A stretch of 64,000 nt of DNA. It comes from Spirochaetia bacterium (GTDB lineage Bacteria; Spirochaetota; Spirochaetia; UBA9216). Where the stretch lies: NCBI GenBank assembly GCA_963677925.2, contig CAXXYH010000003.1, positions 32,001-96,000 on the forward strand, read 5' to 3'. The notes below the pieces were generated by a model, which made no database searches, had not been told where the DNA came from, and saw only the letters and a program-made list of their open reading frames with translations. Shown piece by piece: positions 1 to 10,631 of this stretch. How positions within the stretch are numbered: position 1 is the first letter of the stretch; the number at the start of each line of letters is the position of its first letter. Both the position numbers and the translations under genes were made by a program.

Positions 1-1
1 T

Positions 2-1465
2 CTGGACAGTAGAAAGAGTATTTCAGCTGAACTTCTCGCTGCTCTTAACGAAGCTGTCCCGGAATATCAGCCTGTCCCGGAGTACAGACCTCAATACCTG
101 ATGGATACTGTTGATACAGATCTTCATATGACTGAGAGCGGTGAAGTTTTTGTCACCTTTATTCATGAAGGTGCGGGATATAAAAATGCATTAGGTTTCT
201 ATACATACAATACGGCTGACGGACCACCTGAATCTGTTCCTGATGAAGATATTACAATAATTTTTCCTAACGTGAGCTACTACTACGGCGGAGGAGAGCT
301 GGTAAGTGGTGATACTGTTAAAATCGGTACTTTTGACGCCGGTACATCAATCGGCTGGACGCTTATTTCCAATGCTTACAGCACGCGTTTTTACGGAGTT
401 ACATCAGGTTTGAATACATTCTACTCTGAAAGCAGTCTTAATCCTGATGCCTCTCCCTATCAGCAGCACATAATTCAGCTTGATCTGAACGGTGAGATTG
501 TTCTGGGCATTGAAGACCTGGTAAGACCCGGCGGAGATAATGATTTTAATGACGCTATCTTTACTGTAAGTTCCAATCCTGTAACGGCCATCAGCAGATC
601 CGGCCTTGTTACAGATACAACCGTTCATTATACAGCTCCTGAAGAACCTGCAGATACACTTACTCTGAAGGACGCTCCCCTGTATACAGTTACCGGTTAT
701 CAGTTTTTCCCCGGCATGGATGAATACGGCACACTTGCCTATGAGGACCTGTGGCCATGGAAGGGCGATTATGATTTCAACGACCTGGTCCTTGATTATA
801 ATGTTATTGAAGCCCTTGATGCAGATAACAAAATAGTTCAGATACAGCTTAGTCTCAAAATAGTGGGAATTATTGCAAGTATGCATAACGGATTCGGAGT
901 ACAGCTAGGTGTTGCTCCCGAGCTTGTTGCATCAGTAAGCGGAGCTCTATATACAAAGGGCGACATTTACGTTGCTGATAACGGAACAGAATTACGACAG
1001 CAGAAGGCAGTAATTATAGTTTTTGAGGATGCCCAGGAGCATTATAATGCGGCTTCACCGGATGATTCAGAACTTATAGAGGTTTCAATAAACTTCGTAA
1101 GAGGCGTAACAAGATCTGAACTCGGCTTTGCGCCCTATAATCCCTTTATCATCAGTAACGGTGAGCGTGGAAGAGAGGTACATCTTCCCGGATACCAGCC
1201 TACAAGTCTGGTTCATATTCCATACTTCGGTAGTGAGGATGATGACAGCGTCATCGGTACAACCTTTGTCTACAAGACAACCAATGATCTCCCCTGGGCA
1301 CTGCACCTTCCTGAGCCCTTTGCCTATCCCTATGACAGCATAAAAATTTATGATGCTTACAATCTTTTTCAGACCTGGGTTGACAGCAACGGCTTCAGTT
1401 ATTCGGACTGGTACATGGATAAACCCGATTACAGGAATTTAACCAGAATTATGCGTATTCCTTAA
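2..1465 (+). CDS. LruC/DUF4842-domain surface protein with DUF4114 domain (5' end runs off the window)
   Basis: Frame is open from position 2. Motifs EGAGYKNALGFY, GIEDL..GGDNDFND, AYEDLWPWKGDYDFNDLV and LPWALH are typical of LruC-domain proteins. Confidence 0.8.
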   Translation: MDSRKSISAELLAALNEAVPEYQPVPEYRPQYLMDTVDTDLHMTESGEVFVTFIHEGAGYKNALGFYTYNTADGPPESVPDEDITIIFPNVSYYYGGGELVSGDTVKIGTFDAGTSIGWTLISNAYSTRFYGVTSGLNTFYSESSLNPDASPYQQHIIQLDLNGEIVLGIEDLVRPGGDNDFNDAIFTVSSNPVTAISRSGLVTDTTVHYTAPEEPADTLTLKDAPLYTVTGYQFFPGMDEYGTLAYEDLWPWKGDYDFNDLVLDYNVIEALDADNKIVQIQLSLKIVGIIASMHNGFGVQLGVAPELVASVSGALYTKGDIYVADNGTELRQQKAVIIVFEDAQEHYNAASPDDSELIEVSINFVRGVTRSELGFAPYNPFIISNGERGREVHLPGYQPTSLVHIPYFGSEDDDSVIGTTFVYKTTNDLPWALHLPEPFAYPYDSIKIYDAYNLFQTWVDSNGFSYSDWYMDKPDYRNLTRIMRIP

Positions 1466-1482
1466 TACTTAGTTAAAAGAAT

Positions 1483-1514
1483 AAAAACGGCTGTCTCATG
1501 ACGGTCGTTTTTTT
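1483..1514. terminator. Probable bidirectional intrinsic terminator between convergent genes
   Basis: AAAAACGGCTGTC-tcat-GACGGTCGTTTTT hairpin with A and T tracts on both sides. Confidence 0.55.
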
Positions 1515-4500
1515 ATGCCCGATGAAATTAAATGTTTTATTCTGCGAATTAGGGGCAGAGGATGTTTCAGAATGCGGAAACCAATAAACAGAAAAATCAA
1601 CGCAGCGGGTATTCCTGCCAGACCTCTAAAATACATAGCTTTAAACATGACTCCAAGATCAGGAATTTCATCCTGATCACCTATGACATGACCCTGTGTC
1701 AATCCGTTGATAATAACTGGGTCTGCATTACCCCGTACCCAAAGCGGCGAAGGTGATTTAAAGCTGTTTATAACTGACTTTCCTGACACCGGAGTCGAAG
1801 GAGTTTTTGCTTCTACTACTGCAAGTGCATCAAGAAGTGCAAATTCTGAAACAGCATAAAACCCAAGGTCTTGAACGTTCAGAAGTCCTCTATCAAATTT
1901 ACTGCCCCTCGCCCACCATTGAATGACAGCATATACGGCCTTCTCCGGTGCTATGGTAAGATGCTCATATTTATTATCACGGCTCTTGTAGCTCTCTTCA
2001 ACCTCCGGAATATAGTCAGTTGATATTATACGCTTCTCTTCATTCAAATACAGTATTTTGCTGTGACGTTTATCCAGATGCTCTGAACCAGCTGTATAAC
2101 CAAGATAGTATTCTTTTCCTGGAGAGACTCTAAGTAAACTGCTTGAAACAATATACCAGTCGCAGGAACAGGTAGCTTCAGCCTCTGCACTAAAATCAAT
2201 CTGATTTCCCCCTGACCTGCGTACATTAAGACTTAAATCATCATAACTTATTTTTTCACATTCGCTGCAGTCAATTTCCTGCTGCGGTGGAAGGTAGGCC
2301 GGCAGTTTTATTTCTGCAGGACTGAATTTACGCAGGCTGTTTACTGAAAGAAGGTTTTCGGCATCAGAACTGAACTCAATCTTAATATTATAAGTTCCAG
2401 CCGGCAGTCTTAAATCACCGGTTTTAAATTTTCCTAAAGACGGAAATTCATCAGGCAGGTCAATTATTTTCCGTTTATATTCAGCCCTTGGATCCTCATC
2501 AGTATTTTCAATAATAATACCGTCGGAATCCTCATCATTGCTGAAAGTTACCGGAAAGGAAACAGGCTGAAAATAATCGCTTGTTAAATCCAGTGGAATT
2601 ACAGAGAGAGTCATTCCCGGGGCTGTATATTTATAACCCCCGAATAATTCAATGTGATATATACTGCTTTCTGGAATAATGACCCTTCGCGTCGCTTCTC
2701 CTGAGCGTGATCTTATAGCGTTACCTCTGCTCAATACAGGAGCTCTTCTGCTGCTTTGAATTTCGCCATTAAAATCAAAATCAGATTCCGCTTCATATCC
2801 TATAACGGTCGTTGACCGGTGAAGTGCGGCATCTGCGGCAGCCATAAATCTTCCTGTTTCATTTTCCGGCACCGCCGCAATAAGGTTGATTCCCTGAAAA
2901 CCTTCATGGTTTGTAATTGTAAACTTTTCCCCTTTTACGAGATTGAATGTTCCAAGCTCGGTCCAGACAAAACCTGATTTTGAAATGCTTTGTGTTTTAA
3001 TTTCTGTTTGTTTCTCAGCCGTATCGAATAAGAGAGTTCCTCCGGAGGGTGAGTGAAAATTTCTCATAAAAAACCTGTAACGGCCTGAGTCTTTATTAAA
3101 AGGAACTGAAAAACTGTTGGGAATGCTGAAATCTGAAAGATCTTCAAGCTCAAGGTCATGTATCCACCAGTGTATTCTCTGCTCAGCTCTCTGACGGCTG
3201 AGAATGTCTATTCTGCATTCAGCAGTTTCGGGCGGTGTCACAAATTCTGTATAAAACTCCAGACTGTCGTAATTAGTGAACTCTCCGGGAGCAACAGCAT
3301 AGGAAATACCCAGTTCATTTTGATTCTTATCATAAAACCTCAATTTCAAATGAAGCTGGTTGGCACCACGGCCTGAGACAAGAACTGAAAAACGGTAGGG
3401 AGTTTTCTCATGCATCTGAATCATACCTGACTTTGCAACCTGCCAGAGCTTTCCCTGATCACTTTGGGCAATAATTCCCCGTATAAGAGGAAACACATTG
3501 CCTTCAGAAATAGGATTCGCGGCAATCTCAAAACTTTCCGGGTTATCTGCCTTAAAAAACAGATCCATCCTCAGCATAGTGTTGAAATCAAGTACTATCG
3601 CCCCGTTTAATGCAGGCCATCTGTAGTTTGGAGGGACAAGGCTTGCAGGAGAATATGTCATTGCAAGATTGGATGAGAAATCAAATTCATATCCGAAATC
3701 ATATATTCCGAGTGATTCAAGCTGCCAAAGCCAGTCGCCTGTATGAGCAGCAGTCTGAGACCATCCCAGCAGAGGATTTCCGGTTTTCAGTTCCAGAGCA
3801 GGATACAGGTACTGATCTGCGGGCAGTGTATTCAGCCAGACCTGTTCAGGCTGCTTTGTAAAAAGATAAGCTTCGGATGCCTTCAGATTGAGCGATTCTT
3901 CATGCGTTGATAAGGTTGTGTAAAAAACAGATGAGGCCTCCCCCGTTATTCCAAGTCTTGCTAATAGAGATTCGCTTGCAATACCTTCAGTATTAATAAC
4001 AGGTGTATCTACACGCTTAAGGGTATCGCTTCCCGTAAATCGGTAGACGGTAAAAATGGAATTTTCATAAATCTTTGCGGCATTTCTCTGCATATCAAGC
4101 ATCTGAAGATTAAACTGCTGTCTGTCTTCCTGTCCTGTAAACTGATTCTGATAAACCAGGGTATCAATTCCAAGCACAGGCAGAAAACCCGCATTTGAAT
4201 TGGAAAGTCCAAGGTCTAGATCATGCTGAAGGTATGAAAGATGATAGCCGATAGACGGCAGATTTCCCTCATGATGAAAAAAGGTATCCCGCTCCATCTG
4301 GTATATTGTGTAGTCGCCTGTTGCTTTTTCCAGAATATCGGGCCGGCCTGCAGTATTCCAGAAATAAGTTGCCACGCCAGTAGACGGCTGAGTCATATTA
4401 TCAGCAACCGGAAATATCAGAACTCTGCTTGAGCCATTTGAGGCAAGATACCTGTTTACCAGGCTGTACTCTTCAGGAACAATTACGGGTTTATAATATC

Positions 4501-5887
4501 CCGACAGGTATCGATCGTAATAAGGGGCCAGATAGAGAAATACGGCAGCTAAATAGATTCCTATGGCAATACTTATCCTTCCATGAGTCAGAAAGGTCCG
4601 GTTTAACCAGTGAAATCCGAATATAATAAACAGGGAATATCCAAGTGCTGTCAGGCCTGAAAGTTTATTCGGATCACGGAACATACTTCCTATTACCGGG
4701 GTTTTTGTAACAAGGGTTACAAAAAGGGAATCTATATACTTATAATAAGTACCTGTTGAAAGAATTAAAAACAGTACTGTTAAGACCGTAAAAAATAATA
4801 GAATCGGATATCTTCCGGCTGAGGATAGAAAGCCTGTGATAATCAGTATGATAATAAAGATTACAGAAATGTTAAACGATAAAGGCAGAGCCGAAAGATC
4901 AAACATCGGCCACCAGTAACCGGTTAAGGCAAGGCTGTTTGCGGCATTCGCGTTTCTGCTGAACATCATTAAAGTATCATTTACATTAATATTATGCTGA
5001 GATCCCTGCGTTCCCTTCAGTATACCCATGACATATACTGAAAGCCAGTGAAAAGATAATAGTGAAAGAAAAAAGACGAGAACTATAGCTTTTACAAAAA
5101 AATTGGCAATTATCGAGCGTTCATAAAGGACTCCTTCCCTTCTGTGCGCTGCCAGGGTTTTTACAAGCAAAGCAGCCCACAGCCCTGCATACATAATGAT
5201 GGTATAGAAAAAATAGTGTATTGCGGCTGAAAGTGTTGAGATGACAAGTGCGGCAAGAAAGATATCAAAAAGATTTCTGCTGTACATCCTCTGACGTGAT
5301 ACTCTGTAATTTTTTATCAGCTGACTTTGAAATTTGGGGTCGAAAATATTAAAAAATAGAAGCAAAGCCAACGGCAGAAGACTGTATCCGCATAGAAGAT
5401 ATAAATGCTGTATCCTGGTGATAAACCATGGATTTGCAGCATAAAAGAGTGCACCAAGTGATACGAAAAAGACGGAGGCAAAAGAAAATCTGCTACCTAA
5501 ATATACAGAAGTAATTCTTTTTCCGAAAAGATACATTGAAAAGGCACTGATGATAACCAGAAGAATTATATATGTTTTGATAAAAACAGCGCCGCTGAAG
5601 CCGAAAACAGCAGACAACAGCCAGGGCCAGAAGGTGTATAATAGACGGGGCAGATTCAGCTGTGTTGAAGTATTCCAGCGTTCATTCCATATACCGGTAA
5701 GCTCCTCGAGATATCTCTTACTGTCGCCTGGAAAATCAAGATCACTGAAGATTATATGCCCTTCTGAAAGAATCGGAGAATATATACCTAATAAGACTAA
5801 AAAAAGCAGCAGTAAGGCTATGGCGTCATAACGGTAGGGAAAAAGAAGTTGATTTAGTTTCCAGAAATTACTTTGCCGTTTTATCAT
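1496..5887 (-). CDS. Large polytopic membrane protein: GT-C-like (AftD/YfhO-like) N-terminal half plus extracytoplasmic beta-sandwich/CBM-like domains
   Basis: 1463 aa with roughly 12 hydrophobic segments in the first 460 aa, GALFYAANPW and MFRDPNK motifs, a long soluble region and a C-terminal TM anchor. Confidence 0.55.
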   Translation of the reverse strand: MIKRQSNFWKLNQLLFPYRYDAIALLLLFLVLLGIYSPILSEGHIIFSDLDFPGDSKRYLEELTGIWNERWNTSTQLNLPRLLYTFWPWLLSAVFGFSGAVFIKTYIILLVIISAFSMYLFGKRITSVYLGSRFSFASVFFVSLGALFYAANPWFITRIQHLYLLCGYSLLPLALLLFFNIFDPKFQSQLIKNYRVSRQRMYSRNLFDIFLAALVISTLSAAIHYFFYTIIMYAGLWAALLVKTLAAHRREGVLYERSIIANFFVKAIVLVFFLSLLSFHWLSVYVMGILKGTQGSQHNINVNDTLMMFSRNANAANSLALTGYWWPMFDLSALPLSFNISVIFIIILIITGFLSSAGRYPILLFFTVLTVLFLILSTGTYYKYIDSLFVTLVTKTPVIGSMFRDPNKLSGLTALGYSLFIIFGFHWLNRTFLTHGRISIAIGIYLAAVFLYLAPYYDRYLSGYYKPVIVPEEYSLVNRYLASNGSSRVLIFPVADNMTQPSTGVATYFWNTAGRPDILEKATGDYTIYQMERDTFFHHEGNLPSIGYHLSYLQHDLDLGLSNSNAGFLPVLGIDTLVYQNQFTGQEDRQQFNLQMLDMQRNAAKIYENSIFTVYRFTGSDTLKRVDTPVINTEGIASESLLARLGITGEASSVFYTTLSTHEESLNLKASEAYLFTKQPEQVWLNTLPADQYLYPALELKTGNPLLGWSQTAAHTGDWLWQLESLGIYDFGYEFDFSSNLAMTYSPASLVPPNYRWPALNGAIVLDFNTMLRMDLFFKADNPESFEIAANPISEGNVFPLIRGIIAQSDQGKLWQVAKSGMIQMHEKTPYRFSVLVSGRGANQLHLKLRFYDKNQNELGISYAVAPGEFTNYDSLEFYTEFVTPPETAECRIDILSRQRAEQRIHWWIHDLELEDLSDFSIPNSFSVPFNKDSGRYRFFMRNFHSPSGGTLLFDTAEKQTEIKTQSISKSGFVWTELGTFNLVKGEKFTITNHEGFQGINLIAAVPENETGRFMAAADAALHRSTTVIGYEAESDFDFNGEIQSSRRAPVLSRGNAIRSRSGEATRRVIIPESSIYHIELFGGYKYTAPGMTLSVIPLDLTSDYFQPVSFPVTFSNDEDSDGIIIENTDEDPRAEYKRKIIDLPDEFPSLGKFKTGDLRLPAGTYNIKIEFSSDAENLLSVNSLRKFSPAEIKLPAYLPPQQEIDCSECEKISYDDLSLNVRRSGGNQIDFSAEAEATCSCDWYIVSSSLLRVSPGKEYYLGYTAGSEHLDKRHSKILYLNEEKRIISTDYIPEVEESYKSRDNKYEHLTIAPEKAVYAVIQWWARGSKFDRGLLNVQDLGFYAVSEFALLDALAVVEAKTPSTPVSGKSVINSFKSPSPLWVRGNADPVIINGLTQGHVIGDQDEIPDLGVMFKAMYFRGLAGIPAALIFLFIGFRILKHPLPLIRRIKHLISSGIKKRPS

Positions 5888-7037
5888 TTTTTACCCGGGG
5901 CTTCCTCCTGACTGTCTTTTTCACTGCGGATTTTTTTCTGCTTAAACGTCCGGAATCTTTTTTACCCTGAGGTGACTTTTCCTGTATTACCTCTAGATCG
6001 TTATAAAGATAGTTAATATCATTTCTGATTTCATCAAGAACAGGCAGATTTTTCCTTACCCGCTCTATAGATTTGAGCAGTCTTCTGAAAAACAGCATAT
6101 CACCGGTATACCTGTCGGAAACGAGTAGATTCTCACCGAACTCTGCTACTGATTTGTTTAAATACCAGGCTGTAACAAAAGCACCTGCCGAAACAAGTAA
6201 AAATGCAAGAATCATCAGGTTCAGAAAACCAGACCGTTGCACAAAGGCCAGACTCTGGTCCTGAATTACTGAAAAATAAATTCGTTCCGGAAAAATACGT
6301 ATGGAAGTATAAGATATCCGCATTGATTCGAATGTCTCTGTATTCGAATATCCGTCAATCATCTTTTCTGTAATCTGATTAAGAAGCGTTATATAAGGAT
6401 TTTCAGGGAATTTTGAATCATATAAAACATGGTAGTTTCTATTTAAAAGCTGTATTCTGATATTTTCAAATTCAAGCAGATACGCACTGTAAAAGGGCAT
6501 TTTCATTATTATTGCCGCATATCTGTATGGGCTTTCCCCATCCAAAACATTATTTATCAGGAACAGTACCGGTATAAAATCTCCTCCATCCAATATAAAA
6601 CGATATGAAAAATAATCAGAAAAAATTTCATTTTGCAATGATGAACGGATTTCACCTTGAATCTCAGATTCCTCTAGTCTGCCGTTATCAGACATTCCTC
6701 CGGTAAAGGAATAGTCATCATCATATAAACTTATCTGCTGAATATAATTACCCTTATAATTTAAGTGTTCATAGAAAGACTCGGGATTCATTCCGTCCTC
6801 TGTAAAATTAAGGTAGGCATACCTGCTGAAATCATTAAAGTAGTTTTCACCTGTGCGGCTTAGCGAATCACGTATGGTTTCAAGTTCTGTATCCTGATTC
6901 TGTATATGCAGGCCGGTAATACGGGTAAAAGCGGCAAAGATTAAAATTGCAAAGGGAATTAGAATAGCTGCAATTACAACAAAGTAAAGCTTCCTGGAAA
7001 TTGTCAGTGTAATTCCTTTAAGAATTTTTATATTCAT
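5868..7037 (-). CDS. Two-TM membrane protein with Cache-like periplasmic region
   Basis: 389 aa, TM-periplasm-TM-coiled coil layout; overlaps the downstream gene by 20 bp. Confidence 0.5.
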   Translation of the reverse strand: MNIKILKGITLTISRKLYFVVIAAILIPFAILIFAAFTRITGLHIQNQDTELETIRDSLSRTGENYFNDFSRYAYLNFTEDGMNPESFYEHLNYKGNYIQQISLYDDDYSFTGGMSDNGRLEESEIQGEIRSSLQNEIFSDYFSYRFILDGGDFIPVLFLINNVLDGESPYRYAAIIMKMPFYSAYLLEFENIRIQLLNRNYHVLYDSKFPENPYITLLNQITEKMIDGYSNTETFESMRISYTSIRIFPERIYFSVIQDQSLAFVQRSGFLNLMILAFLLVSAGAFVTAWYLNKSVAEFGENLLVSDRYTGDMLFFRRLLKSIERVRKNLPVLDEIRNDINYLYNDLEVIQEKSPQGKKDSGRLSRKKSAVKKTVRRKPRVKNDKTAK

Positions 7038-7113
7038 GAAATAATTATATTCTACTGAAAGAAATTGTCAAAATCATGAAAATTCTATTTCTAAAAACTT
7101 TGATTTTGAAGGC

Positions 7114-8361
7114 ATGAAAAACTATGCTGAATATATGAAAGCTGCTGGAAAAATCATAATAATATTTATAGTATCTGTCATATCAGCAGAATCTCTGTAT
7201 GCAGATGACCCTGTATTTCTGATGCCGGTGGAATTGGTTACGGAGGTATATGACAAGGTTGATGAAGAACCAAATAATCAGCAGCTTGGCGGAGTCCTTC
7301 TGAGTGTAAAACCCCAGATAATCTGGAAACTTGATAATGCGCTGCTTCTTTTATCATTACAGATTTACGGATATCTTGGTGAAACTACTTCAGAGATTCC
7401 TGAGGAGGCTGCCGATCCTGTTCTTTCATACTCAGGAAGTTTTAGCAGTCAGGATCTTATCGGTATAGCTCTAAAGCCCGACAGCTTTTATCAGTCAACT
7501 ATCAGAGATTCTGATTTATATTTCAAAGTCGGAAAGTATACTACTGAAATACCATTTCTTTACGGTGGTGATCTGGTTTCAGGCCAGTTTGAATTTGGAA
7601 TCAGAAAAACTGATAAATACCGCATATACACAAGTTCTATCTTCTATAACTGGTTTACAACAGATATATTTGAACAGCCGGATCAGAAAATAATACAGCT
7701 GCTTGCCATGAATCTGTGGTTTGGGGAGCAAAACATTAGTCTGTATTATCCCTTCCTTATAAACAATGCATTTCTTGAACAGTATCATTTTCCATCGGTT
7801 CAGTGGATTTTCAGCGGAGAAAAGATTAGAAATGATGTATTCGGCGGATTCAGCTACCATAAAAATCTTGAAGGAGAATCAGGATATTCATGGGCGGTCC
7901 GTGAGGAAGCCGGAATAAGATATGGTGAAGCATGGAGAACCAGTATAATGTACAGCTTTCTGAGTGCTTCTGATACAGTTACAAATAATTATGCTTTCAC
8001 ATCGGTAGATGCACAGACTCCGTATTTAAGTTACGGACATCATTTTGATTATATTTATGAAGTTATCGGAAATATCTACGGTCTGCATTCTGCTGGTATT
8101 CATCAGGCGTTTTCAAAAGAAGATCTGAGCTGGTGGCTGGAATCAGCTGTATTTTTCACAGCCCTTCCTTCTGATTCAGCTTCTAAATTTGCCGGAGTAG
8201 CCCTTCGGGGAGACATGAAGCTTTTTAACCTGTGGAATTCCGGAAGTATATTGGAAATATACGGAGCAGTTCTTTTTCCCGGATCTTTCTCACAGAGAAA
8301 TCTGGATAAAACTTACAATCCGGGGTATCAATTATTAATAAAACTGCAGCAGAATTTTTAA
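7114..8361 (+). CDS. Secreted, probable outer-membrane beta-barrel protein
   Basis: Signal peptide, aromatic/Gly-rich alternating strands, C-terminal Phe. Confidence 0.5.
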   Translation: MKNYAEYMKAAGKIIIIFIVSVISAESLYADDPVFLMPVELVTEVYDKVDEEPNNQQLGGVLLSVKPQIIWKLDNALLLLSLQIYGYLGETTSEIPEEAADPVLSYSGSFSSQDLIGIALKPDSFYQSTIRDSDLYFKVGKYTTEIPFLYGGDLVSGQFEFGIRKTDKYRIYTSSIFYNWFTTDIFEQPDQKIIQLLAMNLWFGEQNISLYYPFLINNAFLEQYHFPSVQWIFSGEKIRNDVFGGFSYHKNLEGESGYSWAVREEAGIRYGEAWRTSIMYSFLSASDTVTNNYAFTSVDAQTPYLSYGHHFDYIYEVIGNIYGLHSAGIHQAFSKEDLSWWLESAVFFTALPSDSASKFAGVALRGDMKLFNLWNSGSILEIYGAVLFPGSFSQRNLDKTYNPGYQLLIKLQQNF

Positions 8362-8843
8362 GAGTTTTCTATCTCCCGAAATTTCGGCAAAAACATCCCC
8401 ACTTTTCTTCTGTACTCTCTATACTCTTCTTCAAAATGCATAATAAGATTTTTTTCTTCCCTCGGGTTTCCATGAATAAAAAATGCAGAAGTACAGACAG
8501 AAATATACTTGAATACAATCCTGTAAAGGCTACATACCAACCGGTGAATGTCAGCATAAGACCCAGATTTACAGAATGCCGGATGGATATAGCTGTAAAG
8601 TCCGTTATTGATAATATTGTTCGGAATCTCTCAGAAGCCGTTAAGATCAGTTTTTACAAGCTGAATACTTCCTGCCAGCATTAGTAAAATCCCGAATAAG
8701 CAAAAAATACCTCTTAGGATAGCAAAGCCTGCTCTGAATAGAAAACTTCCTTTCATTTTAATAAAGGTTAAATACATTATTAAAAACGATATGGAAGCAA
8801 TAAAAATAAAAATCTGCAGTCTAATAAGTTCAGCTAAATACAT
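8358..8843 (-). pseudogene. Isoprenylcysteine carboxyl methyltransferase-family pseudogene
   Basis: AGGAG plus ATG at 8843. In-frame TGA at 8631-8633, a 4-bp ATCC duplication in the GLYSYIRH motif, and a second frameshift before EEKNLIMHFEEEYREYRRKVGMFLP. Confidence 0.7.
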
Positions 8844-8922
8844 ACAGATTGTTCTCCTTAAATACGGAAAACTATATACTATCAGATTACTTCTTAAAAA
8901 GATTAAAGTCAAATCTGCCTTA

Positions 8923-10407
8923 TCAGGGTTTGGCTAACATCAAAATATTTTTGTCATCTGTATTTACTATTTCCCATATCTCATTCGTTGTATTATTCAA
9001 AAAAGTATCATCATGACTTACAAGAATAATAGCACAGTCAATTTCACTGAGCGTACTTTCTAACTTTTCAATTGTACCAAGATCCATATGATTTGTAGGT
9101 TCATCCATTATCAGTAATTTTGGAGAATAAAGAAAACCTTCTGATAATAAGAGTTTCCGCAGTTCACCGGGACTTGGTGTGTTTGTATTTAATATTCTGT
9201 GTGGATCCGACCCCAGTCTGTCGAGTGATGCAAATACTTTACCTTTATCAGTTCTATTCAAATGGTCTATCCTTTTGGTAATTATATCAGCTTCACCCAT
9301 AGATATTTCCTGGGGAATATATAAAGTACGGGAATTGGTATTCATTTTAATAAGATATTTAATAAAACTAGATTTACCGGTTCCATTAGCACCTTTAATT
9401 CCAATATTGGTTCCAGGAGATATCTCAATTTCCGGAAATACTAGTTTTCGCTTCCCAATATTCAATATTCCGGAATTCAGCCTGATAATGTAATCTGACC
9501 TTGCTTCTTCGGATGTATTATACAGCTTTAGCTCCCTCTTTATTTTTACATCCGCCTCAGAAAGCTTTTTCTTTTCGTGAGCAATTCTATTTTGCATAAT
9601 GGAATACATCTTAGCCTGTACAGCATCCTTTCCAGTAAGACGGCCCAGATCAATCTTTGCTTTTGCATCGTGATCTTTGTTATCAAGTCTTCTTTTCGAA
9701 CTGTCTGATTCTGCTTTTGCAGTCAGTCTCTTTTTATTATCTGCAGCAGTTTCCAGTTTTTTTATAGTTCTTCCAAGCTTATTTTTCAGTCGAACAGCCT
9801 CTTTATACTCTCTTTCTTCTTCAATTTTTCCTGAAGAATAAGTCCCTTTCCGCAGAGTGACATTCGGAGGATTAATAAACAGACACTGGAAAGGCAGCTG
9901 TTCCAGTAAAGCTCTGTCATGGCTTACTAATAATCCAGTACCTTTAAACAGTTTTAAAGAATTAATAATCATTTCCCTGCTATTTTTATCAAGATGATTA
10001 GTCGGTTCATCTGTAAGAAGAATGTCGGGCTCTTGAAATAATGCACAGGCAATTTGAAACCTGATTCTTTCTCCATAACTCAGTGTGGGCCATCTGTCCG
10101 GCCAGTCATATTCAATATTAAGAATTCCTCTAAGCCGCATGGAAACACCGGTAAAATCATATAGAAAATCCTGTGAATTTTCAGGCGGATTTTCCGAATG
10201 CTGTGAGCAGTAAGAGACAAGACCATGTGTTGAAATTCCGCCACTCCACGGTTTTAGTTCTCCTTTAATTAGACGAAGAAGTGTTGTTTTACCGCAGCCG
10301 TTATTCCCGACAATTGCAGTCCATCCTTCCGAGAACTGAATATTTAGATTATTGAAAATTTGAGTTGAATATCCGAATGTTAGATTATTTATAATTATAC
10401 CGGTCAC
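8923..10407 (-). CDS. ABC-F family ATPase (possible ribosome-protection type)
   Basis: Two ABC domains (GNNGCGKT, LSYGE, DEPTNHLD; GANGTGKS, SPGE, DEPTNHMD), long charged linker, no TM segments. GTG start at 10407 follows AGGAGG. Confidence 0.85.
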   Translation of the reverse strand: MTGIIINNLTFGYSTQIFNNLNIQFSEGWTAIVGNNGCGKTTLLRLIKGELKPWSGGISTHGLVSYCSQHSENPPENSQDFLYDFTGVSMRLRGILNIEYDWPDRWPTLSYGERIRFQIACALFQEPDILLTDEPTNHLDKNSREMIINSLKLFKGTGLLVSHDRALLEQLPFQCLFINPPNVTLRKGTYSSGKIEEEREYKEAVRLKNKLGRTIKKLETAADNKKRLTAKAESDSSKRRLDNKDHDAKAKIDLGRLTGKDAVQAKMYSIMQNRIAHEKKKLSEADVKIKRELKLYNTSEEARSDYIIRLNSGILNIGKRKLVFPEIEISPGTNIGIKGANGTGKSSFIKYLIKMNTNSRTLYIPQEISMGEADIITKRIDHLNRTDKGKVFASLDRLGSDPHRILNTNTPSPGELRKLLLSEGFLYSPKLLIMDEPTNHMDLGTIEKLESTLSEIDCAIILVSHDDTFLNNTTNEIWEIVNTDDKNILMLAKP

Positions 10408-10616
10408 AGCTTCCTCCTGAAGTGTAACCGGGCTTTTCTTATAACAAAAAAAGTTACAACAGAGAGCCCGGGGAAAAGCAGTGCAGACAACCACAATAAT
10501 GAACCTGAAGAGTTCTGATATAGTATTTTGTGATGATCTGCCTTAGAGCCTCATGTCCCTTTGTACTCCTGTTAAATAAGTAATTTTATGTTAACGATGA
10601 AGTTAAATAATGTCAA
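10408..10616 (-). promoter_or_regulatory. Sigma70 promoter and attenuator-like leader with a 3-codon uORF (MRL*)
   Basis: TTGACA (10611-10616)-17 bp-TAACAT (10588-10593). AGGAG then ATG AGG CTC TAA at 10543-10554. Competing pairings: GCUUUUC or CCGGGCU with GAAAAGCCCGG. Confidence 0.6.
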
Positions 10617-10631
10617 CGCTTAACTTTTCTT

